A stretch of DNA of 64,000 nucleotides, taken from NCBI GenBank assembly GCA_003344405.1, contig NOWV01000146.1, positions 1 to 64,000 on the forward strand, read 5' to 3'. Positions 38,701 to 53,500 of the stretch are shown here, in pieces (positions within the stretch are counted from its first letter, which is position 1; every line of letters starts with the position of its first letter). The notes under the pieces are model-generated. The model made no database searches. It was not told the origin of the DNA and saw only the letters and a program-made list of their open reading frames with translations. The DNA is from Trichoplax sp. H2. Taxonomy: Eukaryota. Made by a program: the position numbers and the translations under genes.

Positions 38701-41700
38701 CAAAATCATTTTTAATAGAGCATTTATTAGCATAAAATATTCGAAATAAATTTAATCATTATGGTTAAACTAAAATAAAAGCATGGAGTTATGTTTCAAA
38801 TTATGGTCAAGAATCGAAAAACTTGATTTAGTGATTATAGATACACTTACAGCTTTTTCAAGTTTGATAATTTTATCAAGGAGAAATAATCAGTATTTTG
38901 AAGCTGATTTTTATCGAAATTCCTAAATAGAAAGGATTGCATCAAGAAAGCGATAGTAATTTAATGGCACACTTTGAATTCTATCGCTTGGCAAAAATTG
39001 GTCTTTATTACATCAAATATAACAATTAAATATTAAAATCTTATATAGTATACATATGTGATTTTATCTAATCTGTGACAGTATTCAAGACTGTTCTCTA
39101 TTTTATCTGAATTAAATAACATAAAAGGTCTAAAAGATTGCTATCAATTTATTTAAAAAATTATAAAGAAAGTATTAGAAGTACGCCTTACAATCGATTG
39201 ATATTGGCTAAAGGCGAAATACCTCCTAAGCCAATAGACTTGAGTTCACAATCTGATAATTCGCTTCAATATGAAAGTTATAAGAAGTTACGAATATTTA
39301 TGTATACGCTACCGCTTGTAGTACTCCTTCTAAAATAACTAGAAAAATCGATAAGTCAATATTTTAAAACTTACAGATGTCTAGTTTGGTATAATTTCCG
39401 TAGTATATTTTCCGAAAGTTGATCAAGGTCATTGCCACCTAAAATTCTGTTAACATTGGATGTAATTAATTTTATTAGTATTAGACCAATTTACCCCACT
39501 ACGTCATTTATCATTAATTGTTATATCATTTCTCAATAAAGAGTTTGAAAATACTCTACAGTTCAAAAAATTGTTTTCTTTCCGAAAATATCGGGACCAA
39601 ATCGACAGCTGATAGGTTGGAATAACTTAGACCCCTAAAGGTTGCGATTTAATTTTATGTATGTTAAGAAATCTGGTATGCATTAATTTTAATGTGTGCT
39701 ACTTATAATATGAAAAACATAAACGTACTATGGTTAAGATGTTTATAAATTATGAATGCATAATTTATAGTAAAGCAGTAAGTAATACTGAATTGTTAAT
39801 ATCCATAATAAAGAATTTACTTATAGGTTGTTAATAAGCCAGTGATTTGATATTGATTACTACAGAACGATGAATTGACTATTTCAATAATTAAATACAA
39901 TTTCCAATAAATTGGAAATTACCAGTAAGATAATTGTATAGGAACTCGTAGCAAAGGAATTGACGGATACTTTGTAATTTATAATTATATACTTACAGGC
40001 TTATCATATTGACTAGGTTTGTGATCAAACTCAGATTAACCCCTGATAAATTATTGCTATCTAGATATCTGTAACATAAAATAGACAAGAGTCACTTTTA
40101 TGTAAACCAGTAAGTGATTTTACATGATTTTCTATTCTTTAAATGCCGAGATGTGTAAGATAACGATGGCTTCTTGCGCATAATTTTAAAAAATTTAATA
40201 TGGTAGATATTATGTGATTCTACAGTAAAGGTATCACAAAACGTAACTTTATTTGTGAGCAACAGTTATACAAAGACCAACACAGGATACAGTAGTGTAT
40301 CAACATCATTTCCCACTTCTAAAAATGGAATAGTTTGCAGATTTCACTTTCGCTTATATGATTAAAGAGATCTTATACATACGCTGCTAAATATATAACT
40401 ACACGATAGAGTTTTTAATCCATTGATATTAATTAACTTATTTCCATTTTATTATTTGTATATCAATCGCCAATTTTTTATGGAAATAAAATTAAGGTTT
40501 GTTTCAATTGCTCTAGTTATTTTGAAAAGATTTACTTACAATTCTTGGATATGAGCAAGCTCTTTAAATAAAGCGGCATTGATTATGGACTTGTTAAATT
40601 GGCAGTGTTTCATTTTCCTACGAAGCGACAAATTATGAACTTGGCTATGTACATGATGTTTGATATTCATAGGCGATATCATTTTTGGCATAAAACTGGT
40701 TTATACTAAGCAGAAGCTAACACCAGAAATATTGTAAACGATGACTAGCAAGAAAAAAGATTATTACAATGTCCGAAGAGATCTGAAATGGCTAAAGAGA
40801 CGTAAATCAATAGATTGCAAGTTAGGATTATTATTCATGGATCTATAATCAGGATAAAAAACATTAAATAAATTCAGATATTTAAAACCTTCAGATTTTT
40901 ACTCATATAGTATAGTAACTGTGCACACTGCGATAAATCTTACAGTTCCTCGAGAAATGGAAGCTGCCTAAACGATTTTTCTTTCAACCGGGTTAAGTAA
41001 CGACCTCCAATCGCCCTTTGGTATTATATCATTTTATTATACATTCAAAGCATTAAAATTAAGTTTATCAACTTTCGATTTAGCTATAAGAACTCGATTA
41101 AAATATGTTTATTATATCAAAAAATATTCCTTACAATTTCTGCAGCCTAATTAATTTTACAAAAGCAAAATCAGGAATATCAGAGTATTTATTAGAAGCT
41201 AGATCCCTAGAGAAGGAGCAATTAATCGTTAAACTTATAGCCCTAAATATAACAGTATTATATCGTCTTTAAGTAATGGCTGATTGCAACAGAAAATATC
41301 TACATATCGTGAAAAATTCGAATAATTGCTTAAAATAACCACTAGTACTTTCATTTTTGTATCATTCAATCAATCAAACAATTCATCCAAATGCAAACAG
41401 CTGTTCGATTATAACCAGCTTAGATTAATGCAAATAACAAGAGCCTCAATTATAAGGTTAATGAACTAATTTATACAGGTTCTAATAAACTTACAATTCT
41501 TTTAAAATTATAGTATTTTCGAAAAGATCAACAGGAATTTTTTTCAGTTGATTCCCAACCAAAAACCTTCATTTTTCAAATTATTGTTGATTTGCCAACA
41601 TATGCAGATTAGTAGATTATATCGGTCGTAGTATCATCACCTGCTAGAATATCTATGAATCATGTGATCATACTTACAAGTGCGATATTGAAGAATTTAT

Positions 41701-42627
41701 ACCGAAAACTCTTTCATGAATACTATTTAGTTTGTTATTGCTTAAAGCCCTATTTGAATAGAAGTTCTCCGTTATCTTAGTCAGTATTTGATACCCGTGC
41801 GATAGCATTTTATATTAAGTTCTAAATTTGACAAATTTCCAATCAAAGCAAGAAATTTCAATTATATATTAGGAATAAATGATTGTTTTTACTGGTAATA
41901 CTAATGATTATAAATCTAACTTTGCTATTCATGTGATTCATTAGCCGACTACCCTATTTCTTACAAGTGCAGTGGTGCAAATGGCGAGAAAGTATTCAGC
42001 CCAAGATACTCTATAAAGTTGCTCGTCAACCTCCTAGACATAAAATTGTAAGTAAACAAAATCATGGACTGATATCGGTCAAGAGTTTCCTAAAAATCAC
42101 CTTCCATTAATCATATTGAATGATAAGGTTTATGATTTCATATGACTGAATGGATTTTGAAATTAAGCGAATACTTTTCAAATTCATTTAGGAAAAGTTT
42201 ACAGCTTAGCATTGCTGTAAAAATATCGGATCGTTAAAGAATGCCATTCTAGTCCAAGTCACGACACACTTTATTTCACAAATACAATTTTTCCTAAAAA
42301 TTACCCCTAGCAACTGCTAGCATATCAGTACTGTAGCATCTCTTCATCTTCAGACAAATAAAATACCTATTTATGCGTGATGCTTTAGAAATTTTATGAA
42401 ACTCACTATAGATAAAGTACAGAAATATTCTAAATAACTATCACGATTAATTTGGTGAAGCTAAACAATTAATTGCAATAAAAATGAGAAATTAAATTGA
42501 TAATTATATCCATAATTAGACTATGTTTCTCCTGAGTTCAAGTATCCTTACTTACACTATATTTAACGACCTCATGTCTTTGAAAGTTCCAGGCTCTAGA
42601 ATCGATATTTTGTTGAAAGATAACGAC
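35719..42627 (-). CDS. LRR-containing GPCR (short hinge, RXFP/GRL101-like): 16 LRR exons + hinge/7TM exon
   Basis: Sixteen open 69-78 bp phase-2 LRR exons from 42627-42556 (SLSFNKISILEPGTFKDMRSLNI) to 38131-38060. Hinge/7TM exon from 37012: YLCCHAP..CRP..STCNDIL, LRIFIW, NLSAAD, TVDRF, CLP, TDLICWLP, PLNSCINPILY. Probable last exon 35759-35719 (unspliced stop at 35920). Confidence 0.88.
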
Positions 42628-42699
42628 CTACGGATGAAAATATCTGTTAGGTTGTCTAATCTGCATCAGGGTACTACAAAGGTTTTGGCTAGTTTTGTA

Positions 42700-43190
42700 G
42701 CGACATTATAAGTTCTCTCGATCATGGAGATTTATCTCAGGGCAATTTGAAGACTTTTAAATGATAATTTATTAAATTAACATAAAAATAGTCTAAAATA
42801 AGTAACTACGGTTTTGTACACTTATTATAAAGTAATATTGGCACACCCAAGATATGATAAGTACCGCCATGTTTCCTTTTGTCAAAATAAGAAGCTGACA
42901 ATACATATATTTGTTGTGCCGAAGGACCTGCAATCTTACATATACATTGCACAGTGCACTAACTCACAGGTTTTTGACAAGTAAACATTCGGAAAATTGC
43001 TGACGACTAAGTTTTTCAATTCTATTCTTCTTCAAGGAGCTTTGATGAGTATATTATACAATAGCAATAATAATAGCTTAAATTTAATTAAAATGTTGAG
43101 AATATTCTCTAATATTGGTGAAATATTGTCATAATTTATTCCTTTCATAACAGAATTTCTTACAGTCTTTCCAAATGAGTACCATTGCAT
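42700..43190 (-). pseudogene. Decayed signal peptide / LRR N-cap of the downstream LRR-GPCR
   Basis: MQWYSFGKT (43190-43164, GTAAG donor) + LLLLLLYNILIKAP, then TGA at 43034. Downstream TCELVHC / QCIC Cys remnants lie in different frames; a stop-containing LRR-like remnant sits at ~42700-42770. Confidence 0.45.
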
Positions 43191-43599
43191 ATATGCTTCG
43201 GTAGAGTTGCTAATCGATTTGATGATAAATCTCTTTTCAGAAACAGAAGATATAATATAAAATTTTAACACTGGTAGTCATAAATTTGATATAATACTAT
43301 ATATAATAATTTAAGTTACTATCGCGGCTTTGTTGCAGCTATCATAATCACACTATTATACTACAGAAACATAATTTTGTAGTGTCACAAAACAACTTTC
43401 GTGATCATACCTAAACTAGTCTATCTACTCTTATAGTTCTCCAACTAACTCCGAAAATCCTCAGTGAGGGAAAACTAACTTATTCCTATACTATAGTAAT
43501 CGAGTAAAACGATAGGTTTAGGTTAATAAATATATTTATTACTAGCCCGTTTACGTTAGTACCAGTGTACTCTACGTTAGCCTCTGTGGAACTGAGATT

Positions 43600-44459
43600 A
43601 AAAATTAATAATCAAGCTTATATACAATTTCATATGTCACACCAATAATCCCGGTGCTAATCTTTCACGTTAAATTATATAATGTGCAATACAGGCTTAC
43701 TATAGACTATCGTGAATTGACTACTAGTTATATATGAGGAACATCAAGCTCCGTAACATGTAGTTTTATCTCGATTGAGCAGTTGAAGGTTTGCAAGCGT
43801 TGCATAATAAGAAATTAATAATTGCGTTTTTATAACACTGCATAAAGCAAACATCGATACAGGATTTATAACAGCCGGAACTATTTCCACCGTTCCATCA
43901 CAGCAATCATAATCACGTTATTATACAGTAGAGACGTAATTTTGTTACTTCAGTTCGATTGAGCTATTGAAGATTCGTGCACGCTACATAATAAGAAATC
44001 AATAATTGTGTTTTTGCATATACAACATAAAACAAATATCGACACAGAATTCTATATTCTGCTATCTGACGTTGCGATCATCACTATTTTAAGTATCAGT
44101 ATTATTAGTGCATATAGACGATAATGAAACTGTAAAAATACTGTATGATCTTTAGGAAGCTAGCGAAACCTGTTGTCATTAATTAGATCTACAATTCTTT
44201 ATTGGACACTGGGCAGCAAACTGCAATAACTACTTATGGAATCGTAATTTAGTTTGTTAAACCGAAATATAATCATTTCTTTGCGTCGCTATGCAAGTTA
44301 TCCTCCGTGATACCACTTGCAATTTTATTAAACCTAAGGAAATAATATATCAGATAATTTAACTAGGTAAAATTCGGTAGTTTGTAGAAGGTCTTCAAAG
44401 TTGTATTGAAACTATGGTATAAGGTGTCTTTTTACAAAATAGATGGTCGTCGGCATATA
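43600..44459 (-). pseudogene. Decayed hinge/7TM exon of the upstream LRR gene
   Basis: TACAG acceptor directly after the last LRR exon. Out-of-frame YADDHLFC resembles a hinge start; a TM3-like remnant NPVSMFALCSVIKTQLLISYYATLANLQLLN follows, with many stops and an internal duplication. Confidence 0.4.
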
Positions 44460-44594
44460 CTGTATATTACTGAGAATTCCAAAATCAATATTTTGTATAC
44501 TTGTATATAAAAAATATTTTTCTTTTTAGGAAGCGCTGCTTCGAACATTTTAAATTGAATTATAGAGTTAAAACGTAGGCTAATTAAAACGTAC

Positions 44595-47500
44595 ACTTCA
44601 AACAAAAATGGAAATTTGGAAAAGAATCCATCATCAATTCGTCCAATTCTGTTACCTAGTAGAAGGCTATTTCAAAAAGAACATAGATTGTATTTCGTAA
44701 GCAATGTACTTCGGAAAATAATCTACGAATCGACAAAAAGGAGTATGTAAACGATCTTCATTAACAAAGTTATTACCAACAGTTACATTATAAATATCTA
44801 ATTAACCTGAATAGAAAGGACTAGAATACCGTATAACTCTAAAATGAAACTTAGGCCATATACGAGAAATATAATAACATGTTTGCCATGCTAACAAGAA
44901 CTAATATCTCTTTAGATATTTTATTATTCAAATGTCCAGTTTATGATAAAAAAGGGCATCTACTAAACATCTACTAAATAATCGTACTGTAACTGTTACT
45001 ATTATGCAACATACGGTAGATGGCATTAACGAAAAGAAATATCTAGAAAACATGCGATCTATCTTGTACTAGAATTGGCAAAATTTTAATATAGAGTTAG
45101 TAATGTGTAAACTTATCAATCCGACTATATCCTTCATAAATATATCTAATCACATATTTATGTACGAAATCTAATTAAAATGAATGAAAATTGAATGGTT
45201 TATGAATTACTTACGAAGTAACAAATGGACGTGAACGAAATCAATTACTATTATTGAAAACATATTATCAAATACTCACAGGCGTTTTATCAATTTTTTT
45301 TTCGAATCTGAGTTTTTAAGTGAATGAATAAAGTTGTAGGAAAAATTTCTGAAATAAATAGATTTATATCAGTTAACCTTTAGTTGAAATTAAAAAATGG
45401 GCTTGAGCACGCATTGCAAACTAGAATATATTATGGGTAGTGAAAGTTATTGGCAATAAGACAATCTTAAGACTTGCTGTTCTAAGCTTTGTAACTTTAT
45501 GAGCAAAATTAAAAGCTGGCTGTTCTTTCGTCCTCATTTACCTTTAATGGACAAACATCTACTCTAGACTAAACTACGGAATTTAAATCCTTTTCAGATT
45601 ATAGCTGTTTTATCGAATAAGTGCTCCAAATATGTCCTTGATATGGAAGTGAAATACTTTGGTCACTAATTAATATCTTTCAATACGGTACAATAAAAGT
45701 GATTTCCAATTGTCTACAACTTATGAAACTGTTAATTCACTCGATCAAGTAGCTAAGAATAATGTGTTGAAGAATACTTTGCTGAACTTATATAGAACAT
45801 TTTCATGTTGGATTTCTGGGATATTAAGATTTTACGTGGAAAATGGGGTAAGAAAAAAATAATCTTGGCCACTATTACAGTTTACAAAATAAAGTTATAA
45901 AATATTAAAAATATCGGATTAGGAATAGTAATAGTCTTCATTTGCTCATTTGTACAGTATATAAACTTAGCCTTTACTTGATTGAACCAAATCTTACGCG
46001 CTAATTTATTATTCAATCCTTTTGCAATAGCAGCGTTTATTTTTCGACTAAACTATCATAACCGACTTCGAGGTAACAACTCTAAAAGTTAATTAGTTAT
46101 AATTATATTATAAGTTGATAAATGCTTACGTACATGAAGGAATTCGTTTTAAGAGAAGAAAACATTGCAAAGTCTAATTCGGAAATTCCGTTCAAAGAAA
46201 AATCCCTATTGCAAATTACTTTTAGTTACCATACTAATAAAAAATTTACAGAATTGTACTTTCAACTCTGCATTTCCAGTATTAGTTAATATCGAGAATT
46301 AGTTTCACAATCTACTAGTATTTCATAAATGTAGCTTGAAAGTTTCCTAGAAATATTTCTTTCTATAGCAATTACTTATTCATACAAAGTCAATATATAA
46401 ATAAGTGTCAGAAATATTATTAAATCCCAAGTTATATAGCATTATTAGATAATTTAACAGTCTCCTTACACATAGAAAATATCCGATAGTTTCCGGAATA
46501 AATCATTCGGTAACGAGGTTATTAAATTTTTCCCTAACTGCCTAAAAATTTAGGAGAATCAAAAGTTGTAATACAATCTAATTTTACCGTCAAAATTAAT
46601 TGCTTAATAAGAAGGCCTTTACCAACTCTAGTAATTTCCACAAGCAAAGATCTACAGTAATTACCTAATTCGAAACTTACTTATAGTTTAAATAATACCA
46701 TATACTCAAAAAATAATCACTTACAGTGCCTGAATTGTTTGCAGCTTCTGAAAGTGCTCTGGTTTAATTTCTCGGATACCACAATGTGAGCAAAGCCTAA
46801 ATTTAGTCATATTGTCATTTCATTAGAGAAGACTATTTCGAAAACACAGAAATATGGCCAGTGTTCATTAAATCACAACAGTACGGCAACATAAATGATG
46901 AAGAAATTTACTGATTCGTTGAAACAGTAATTTCTATCTATCGTTCCTTTTAACAATTTCTCGATTTTATTGAGAACCATTACGTAAAACGAAGATGTTA
47001 TAAATAGCTAAACTTATAAATTGGATATCATAAACCTAGTAGAATTCTTATAGTTATCCTTGCTCCTTGTTGATTTTAGGATACACTTAATAAATTACAG
47101 TGGTTCTGTTTTAAGAACTCAAATCAAATTTGCATAATCTTTGTATTTAACATCAAGAACTACCACAAAAATTTCCGCTGGTTTTAGTATACAACATGTA
47201 CTACTGTGAGAGCTATATAATTTGCAAACCATATGAGTAATGCCAATCTTTATAACGAAAATATCAAAGTAATGCTAATTATATAACTATTAATTATATC
47301 GTTAGTATCAAAATGAATATATTTATCTTACTATTAAAGCACAGTGATTATTTGTAATATTGTAGTAGGACTAGTTCTTCTCATTTTAATTAGCATTAAT
47401 AAAATTGCGTTAATATTTTCCTTATATAAGAATGTTAAACTTAATTTAACAGAATCAAAAGAAATCTACTTTGCTGTCATAAGATAATATACTAACAATC

Positions 47501-50500
47501 CAACTATTATTGGACTCTCGGCGTATTTGAAATTATCTGGGCCTAAGCTTGTGCCACTCCATTGCCTATTCCATAATTTTAATAAGAGATAAACACGTTA
47601 CAATTTTTTTAATAAATCCATTTGCAGGAAAGGTACTTTTATCAAAAAAATTTTAATTATAGCACAAACAAGGTGGTCGTATAAGGAAATGGTCTCTTTC
47701 TTAGACTTTTTTCTGATGTTATAAATTCTTTTAGAGGATTTTCGGCAAAATTTCTAAAATTATTACTCAATAAGGTCAGCATATCTAAAATTTGTAGCAT
47801 GTATTTGAAAAATCAGAGTAACATTCGATTCTGGGCTATCGTAGTCATAAAATTATTATGAGCTGTCGCTTACAACACCATATGACTAGCTATGCTGATA
47901 TAATATTATAAGAGTAGAACTGAAATAAATTTTTAAAACTGTTTAGGTAATAGATTTCTTTGATGGGCCATTTTACTAATGAAATATTGATTAGACTGGT
48001 AGAGAATTGTAGTTAAGAGCTGTACTTGTAACATAATGGTATTGTCTCCAGAAATATAAACTATGATAAACTGTAACAGAAGGGAAAATGTAATAATCCT
48101 ACATGAGGGTTTATATTGTTATTAGAGATACTTACAAGAAAAATAAATGACGAAAGTTTTCGAAGCAGCCAAAGCTTATCCGTTCTATCCGATTTCCATC
48201 GATATGCCTACGTATAATAGCCTCAATTACTAGAAAGCTAATATACAGTAATTACCTTACTATCATTGAGCAGTAATATTGGTTCAATGAAAGCTGTAAT
48301 TAATTATTAAACATAATAAAGACTGAAGTTGTATTTCGAAATTAAAATTGTATGATATTATCAGCTTACAACTCTAGCAATCTATTTAGGCCAACAAAAG
48401 TCTTCTCTCGGATAACAGACAACTTGTTCATTTCCAAAAATCTATCCAAAACAGGACATTAAAAATATCACTTTATGATTCTTTATTACCCTAACCTTAC
48501 AGTCCATTTTTTAGAAAAAGTCTATAGTTGCAATATCTCGATCATAAGCTTATAATAACTTGTAATTGATAGTTACAGAAATTGTAAATTTATTAAATCT
48601 TGGAAAGCGTATTCTTGGATATTTTCGATGAGATTTAGTTTTAACGATCTAATACGAAATAAATAAGCGCGCAAGCTCATACACTCAGTAGAGTTATAGA
48701 ATGCTAACTTAATACGATTATAAATCTAATATTTACGCATGCACTTTCCAGTTATCTGCTATATTATAAATTTACAATAATTTTAGGTTTCCAAGCGACT
48801 TGAATTGGCCAACTGTAACGTTTACTAGATAGTTTCTTTCAAGCGATCTGAAAAAAAATGTAAATCAGTTGCAGAAAGGATTTCGGTTCGTAGTTTCAGA
48901 AAAATTTATCACAAGGTTCAGCCAGAAGCATTGCTATAGGAAGGTAGTATAAAGATGTAGCAATGCTAATTATTATTCTCAAATTTAATGAGTTGAAACA
49001 GTACATAACTAATAAAATCACAACATTATAGCAAATGAATACACGAAATGCGATAATTTAACTGATATTTATGTCTAATCACAAATCTTATACATTCGAA
49101 TAATTTTATAGAATTACTTTGCGATTTCCGTTCGTACGCTTAGGAATAACTACGGTACGGAAAGTTTTAATAAAGCTAATAAAATTGCTTTAATAAGCTA
49201 AGACTGGTATTGCAACAGGTATTAAATATCTATGGCAAGTCTACTTGATCTAGTTACATTCCTATCCTACCATAATACATATATACCGATAATTTTCTAA
49301 TAGATACTGATTATCCTAATCTATTTAAACTGAATGTTATGGAATTTTAGAGAGAATAAATAGTTCTAAACAAGTATATTAGAGCAACTTTATGATAGCA
49401 AACTTAAGATTTAGATATATTTTCTAGTTTAAGTAATATAAGTATGTTTTACAAGGTCTGTAGCGTGGGCATCCTCTCGAAGCTGTGCGTCTCGATGAAA
49501 CTGATAGCGTTCGACCCTAACTGACTAAGAATTGTACATCAGTTCGTCTGGAGTCTATATGTATTTTACATTAAGGTTACTTATTTAGCTAGAGAAACAA
49601 CAATCTTAAATAAAAAATCAACAACCCTCAATGCATTTCACTTTAGCTATTTTATCATTAAATTGAAACTGACTGTCCAATTACGAAATATTAATGAAAT
49701 TATAAAAGAATTTTCATACAGGTATCCTAGCAATGGTAGATGAGGAAAGCTATTGTTGCTAATTGTTTGAATTCCATTGTAATTTAACGCCCTATAGACA
49801 AATTGTTCAGTATTTTAATGCTAATACCAAACAAAATTTTATACTCTTAACACATTTTTTCCTTAATTATGTTTCGTTAGTAATCATACAAAAAAAATAA
49901 GGACTTTAGTTGGTTAAATTACTCTGTAAATCATGATAGCATTATAATAATAAATATATATTTTCCTCATCTCTTGTACACTTACAGTCGCTTTAAGTTG
50001 ATTAATCCTTCAAATCTGGTCCTTTTAATCGTAAAGGATGTATTTTGTGCATTTGTTATGATACTAAGCAATTAATATTACGTTAATTAGTCATAATTTC
50101 AACTTGTACTGCACAAGACATCATAGCAATAAGTGAATAGATTGCATTCGAGTTGAATTAAATGCTCGGATAACGTATTATGCGCTATTAAAATTTGAAT
50201 AGGAAGTATTAGCTTGTCGTTTTGTCAATAAATATGTGACACTCTGCTTCAATATTCTACTAAAAACCATGGATACCGTGTTGCTCAACGTTTCATATCT
50301 GAACTTACATCCAAGATAATAATGGATTCTGACTAAAGGTATAGTCAGAATCTACATGACTTGGGTTAATGTATCTAGATTGGAAACAAACAATTTAGTC
50401 CATTTTATTAAACATTTGTAACAGCAGGCCTTTATCTATGCGGTTATTGATAATGTCTTCATAGAATGTATGGTAGCAATCTCAGCTTAGAAGCAAGTTT

Positions 50501-53500
50501 AAAACATCAAGAAATTTCATAAAACGGCAGCTCTAACTTTTATGCAATTAATTTTAATGTATATGAGACAGAGATTTACTTGAAATAGAGTCATAAGCTA
50601 ATTGATACTTACAAGCGCTGCAACTTCTTCAATGCTGATAAAGCTCTTTCATTGCTTTTTTCCTGACTTATCAATCTTAATTGTTAATTGAAGATTCATT
50701 ACGTGAGATTTTGTCTTGAAAATGATGCCTTTTCTAACATTTGCTTTGATAATCTGTCAAAACATTTTGTACTCACAGCACTTGAGCATTACTGAAGACT
50801 GTAAATGCATCTGGGGATATATCTGATATCGGATTATTTCTTAAATTTCTATTTGTTGTAGAAATTATGATTAAAAATTTTTCTTTTAATTCTTTGACAT
50901 AAATATTGTTCAAAACTACATCTTCGAAGTATTTCTAGCCAGCTTTTGCATAAAAGATGAAAAAGCTAACAGGTTCCGGCTCTCTAAATATTTTATTATC
51001 ACTAATTCTATAAACATGAGCCATCGTTAGCTACGACAGATCTTCACCAAAAACGTATAATGTAATTAAACCTCTGACCCTGCATACTTATTTGGCAGCC
51101 AATAACCTGTAGAGTGCTAATAATAGATTACTTACCGTACTAAACTGACGATTTTACTTTATATTTTTCTACAAAATACTGATATGAACATATAATATAT
51201 TTAATTCTTACACAAAATATAATCTAGGAAGCGGTTTGACGGAAGTAAATGCATCCAAATGAATGGTAAAAATTTGATTTCCCTCCATATTTCTGAAACA
51301 TATTACACAACATTTTTGATATATGAAACCATGGTTTATATCAAAGCAGGATATAAGCAGTTATTTATAACATGTTTAAAAATATTCTTTTATTAGAAAT
51401 GCTTCCTTTAAGTTGATGCTATTGAGGACTTACAATGTTCTCAATGCATACATATTTGATAGTGATGTTACATTTAGGAATGAAATCATGTTTTTTTGTA
51501 GTAATCTGTTAAAGTGCAAAATAGTAAAGGCAAATTTTATTATAAATTAACGAATTTTTAATTAATGGAATTGTAGCAAATTTTTGGCCTAATTAGACAA
51601 TAATCTCAGGATAAAGGTACGGAAACTTACAAAGTATTCAAACTACTTAAACATTCTCTTAAGGCTCCAAAATTAGCATGCTTGATATAATTTTCATTAA
51701 TGGATCTGTAAAAGTACAAAATCAAATTTTACATGGTAAGCCTTATAATTATGGTTTACAGTTACATACATATAACCTACATCATACGGTATAGATAAGA
51801 ATTAAGATGTTTATAAAAACATTTAAGTTCAATTTTTATTCTTAGGCCTATAATAAAGGTTTAATTATTAATTATTTATGCCTATCTATAGTTGAGATGG
51901 TAGTAGCAGTTATCACAAAATCTTATATCAAGAGTATAGCATTATTGCTAAGTTAATGCTTTGAGAAAGACAAATAGATTAAACTATGGTCATACTTTAT
52001 ATCATTTACAAAAATATGAACACAGACATCAAGACTCTAATTGCACCCTTTAGATCTATATTAACAAACTCACAGGATTTTTAGCCGCCTTGAACCAAAG
52101 CAGATGTTTTCATTGATAGATTTAAAGCGATTATTATCTAAGTTCCTAATATGCAGCAAATATATCTTAGCGAAGAATTTTTCAGGTATAAAAATCTATA
52201 TTCCTAAAGCGTTATTAGGTGAAAGCATGCTGGTACTCTTTGAAAATCTTACAAATGTTGCAGAGAAATAAGGCCTTCAAGTGCGCTTTCTGGTACTTGC
52301 TCTATCATATTATCTTTTAAGTTCCTAATAGGACAAGGTAATGGAGAAAGCTTTTTAAATTCATAAATTGTATTTAAGCGAAATAATTTTCATTTTATTG
52401 AATCAATTAACAAGGTGAACTATATAATGCTGCCACGGACTACTCTCCAGATAAAAAAATAAAAAGTATTCTGCTCTTCTAGATTGCTACAGTCAATTAC
52501 TATTTTAGCTTAGGTCTGGAACTACCCTCTAGACTGCAATCACAACGGTAAACTTCACAACTTCGAGCTACTTCTACTTTATTCCAACTAATACAGCCAA
52601 CGCTATATTCTCGTGAAAGCTACAAAAATCAATTGCTAAGGAGCAATATTTGCAATTACGAGTCAATCATAAAGCTTAGTCGACCAAACCTACATAGGAA
52701 GAAATCTACTAAACAAATACTTAATCTATACTACTATTGAAGGTGCATTTGCACCTTGACAAATGCATATTTATTTAGGAATCAATAAATGATATTAGAC
52801 GATTCTAACCAGCTATGACCCAAGTATTATCAGAATATAAGAAGAATGTATAAGAATAACGTTATCTATAATTCTTTACCGTTTATTTACGTTTACCATT
52901 ATTAAATTACAAAATGGCTAAACAATATTTCTATCCGAAAAGTTGATTGTGCTCGTAAATCTTGTAATCTTGAAAAATTCGTTCTTACATTATTTTTAAA
53001 GAATACAAGCCATAAAATGTCATATTGCTAATGTCCTTGATTTTGTTCTTGGATAAATTCCTGAAATGCATCAAAACGAAATGATATTATTATTCTCTGT
53101 AAACTTTTCATTAGTTGGAGAAAATACATGTGCTAGTGTAATACCCATAATAGATTCCTAAGGATATAAATTTTAAAATAAATAAATTAATAATATACGG
53201 TGGTAACCATGATCAGCTTATTAATTAATGCTTAAGATCTACGCTAATTTGGGAATTGATTCGCACAGCATCATAGCATTTAAGCTACAAAATAACATCT
53301 ACTTTAAATGGTATGACATATTAATAATTTATAAGTTTATTACATCTTCCTACGCACTAATTTCGTCGTAAGAGCAGGTGTCGTACTCGATATTACGGTA
53401 ATTTCAGTAAATAATATTGCTGACTGAGAAATTCTTACAGCGTAATACGGAATTTTGCTAGTTTGGGTATACTTATGATGTTTATTCATTCCGCTGTATA

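Noticed and set aside
50325-50352. Hairpin GATTCTGACTA-aaggta-TAGTCAGAATC in an LRR exon
   Set aside because: An isolated short inverted repeat with no evidence of function.
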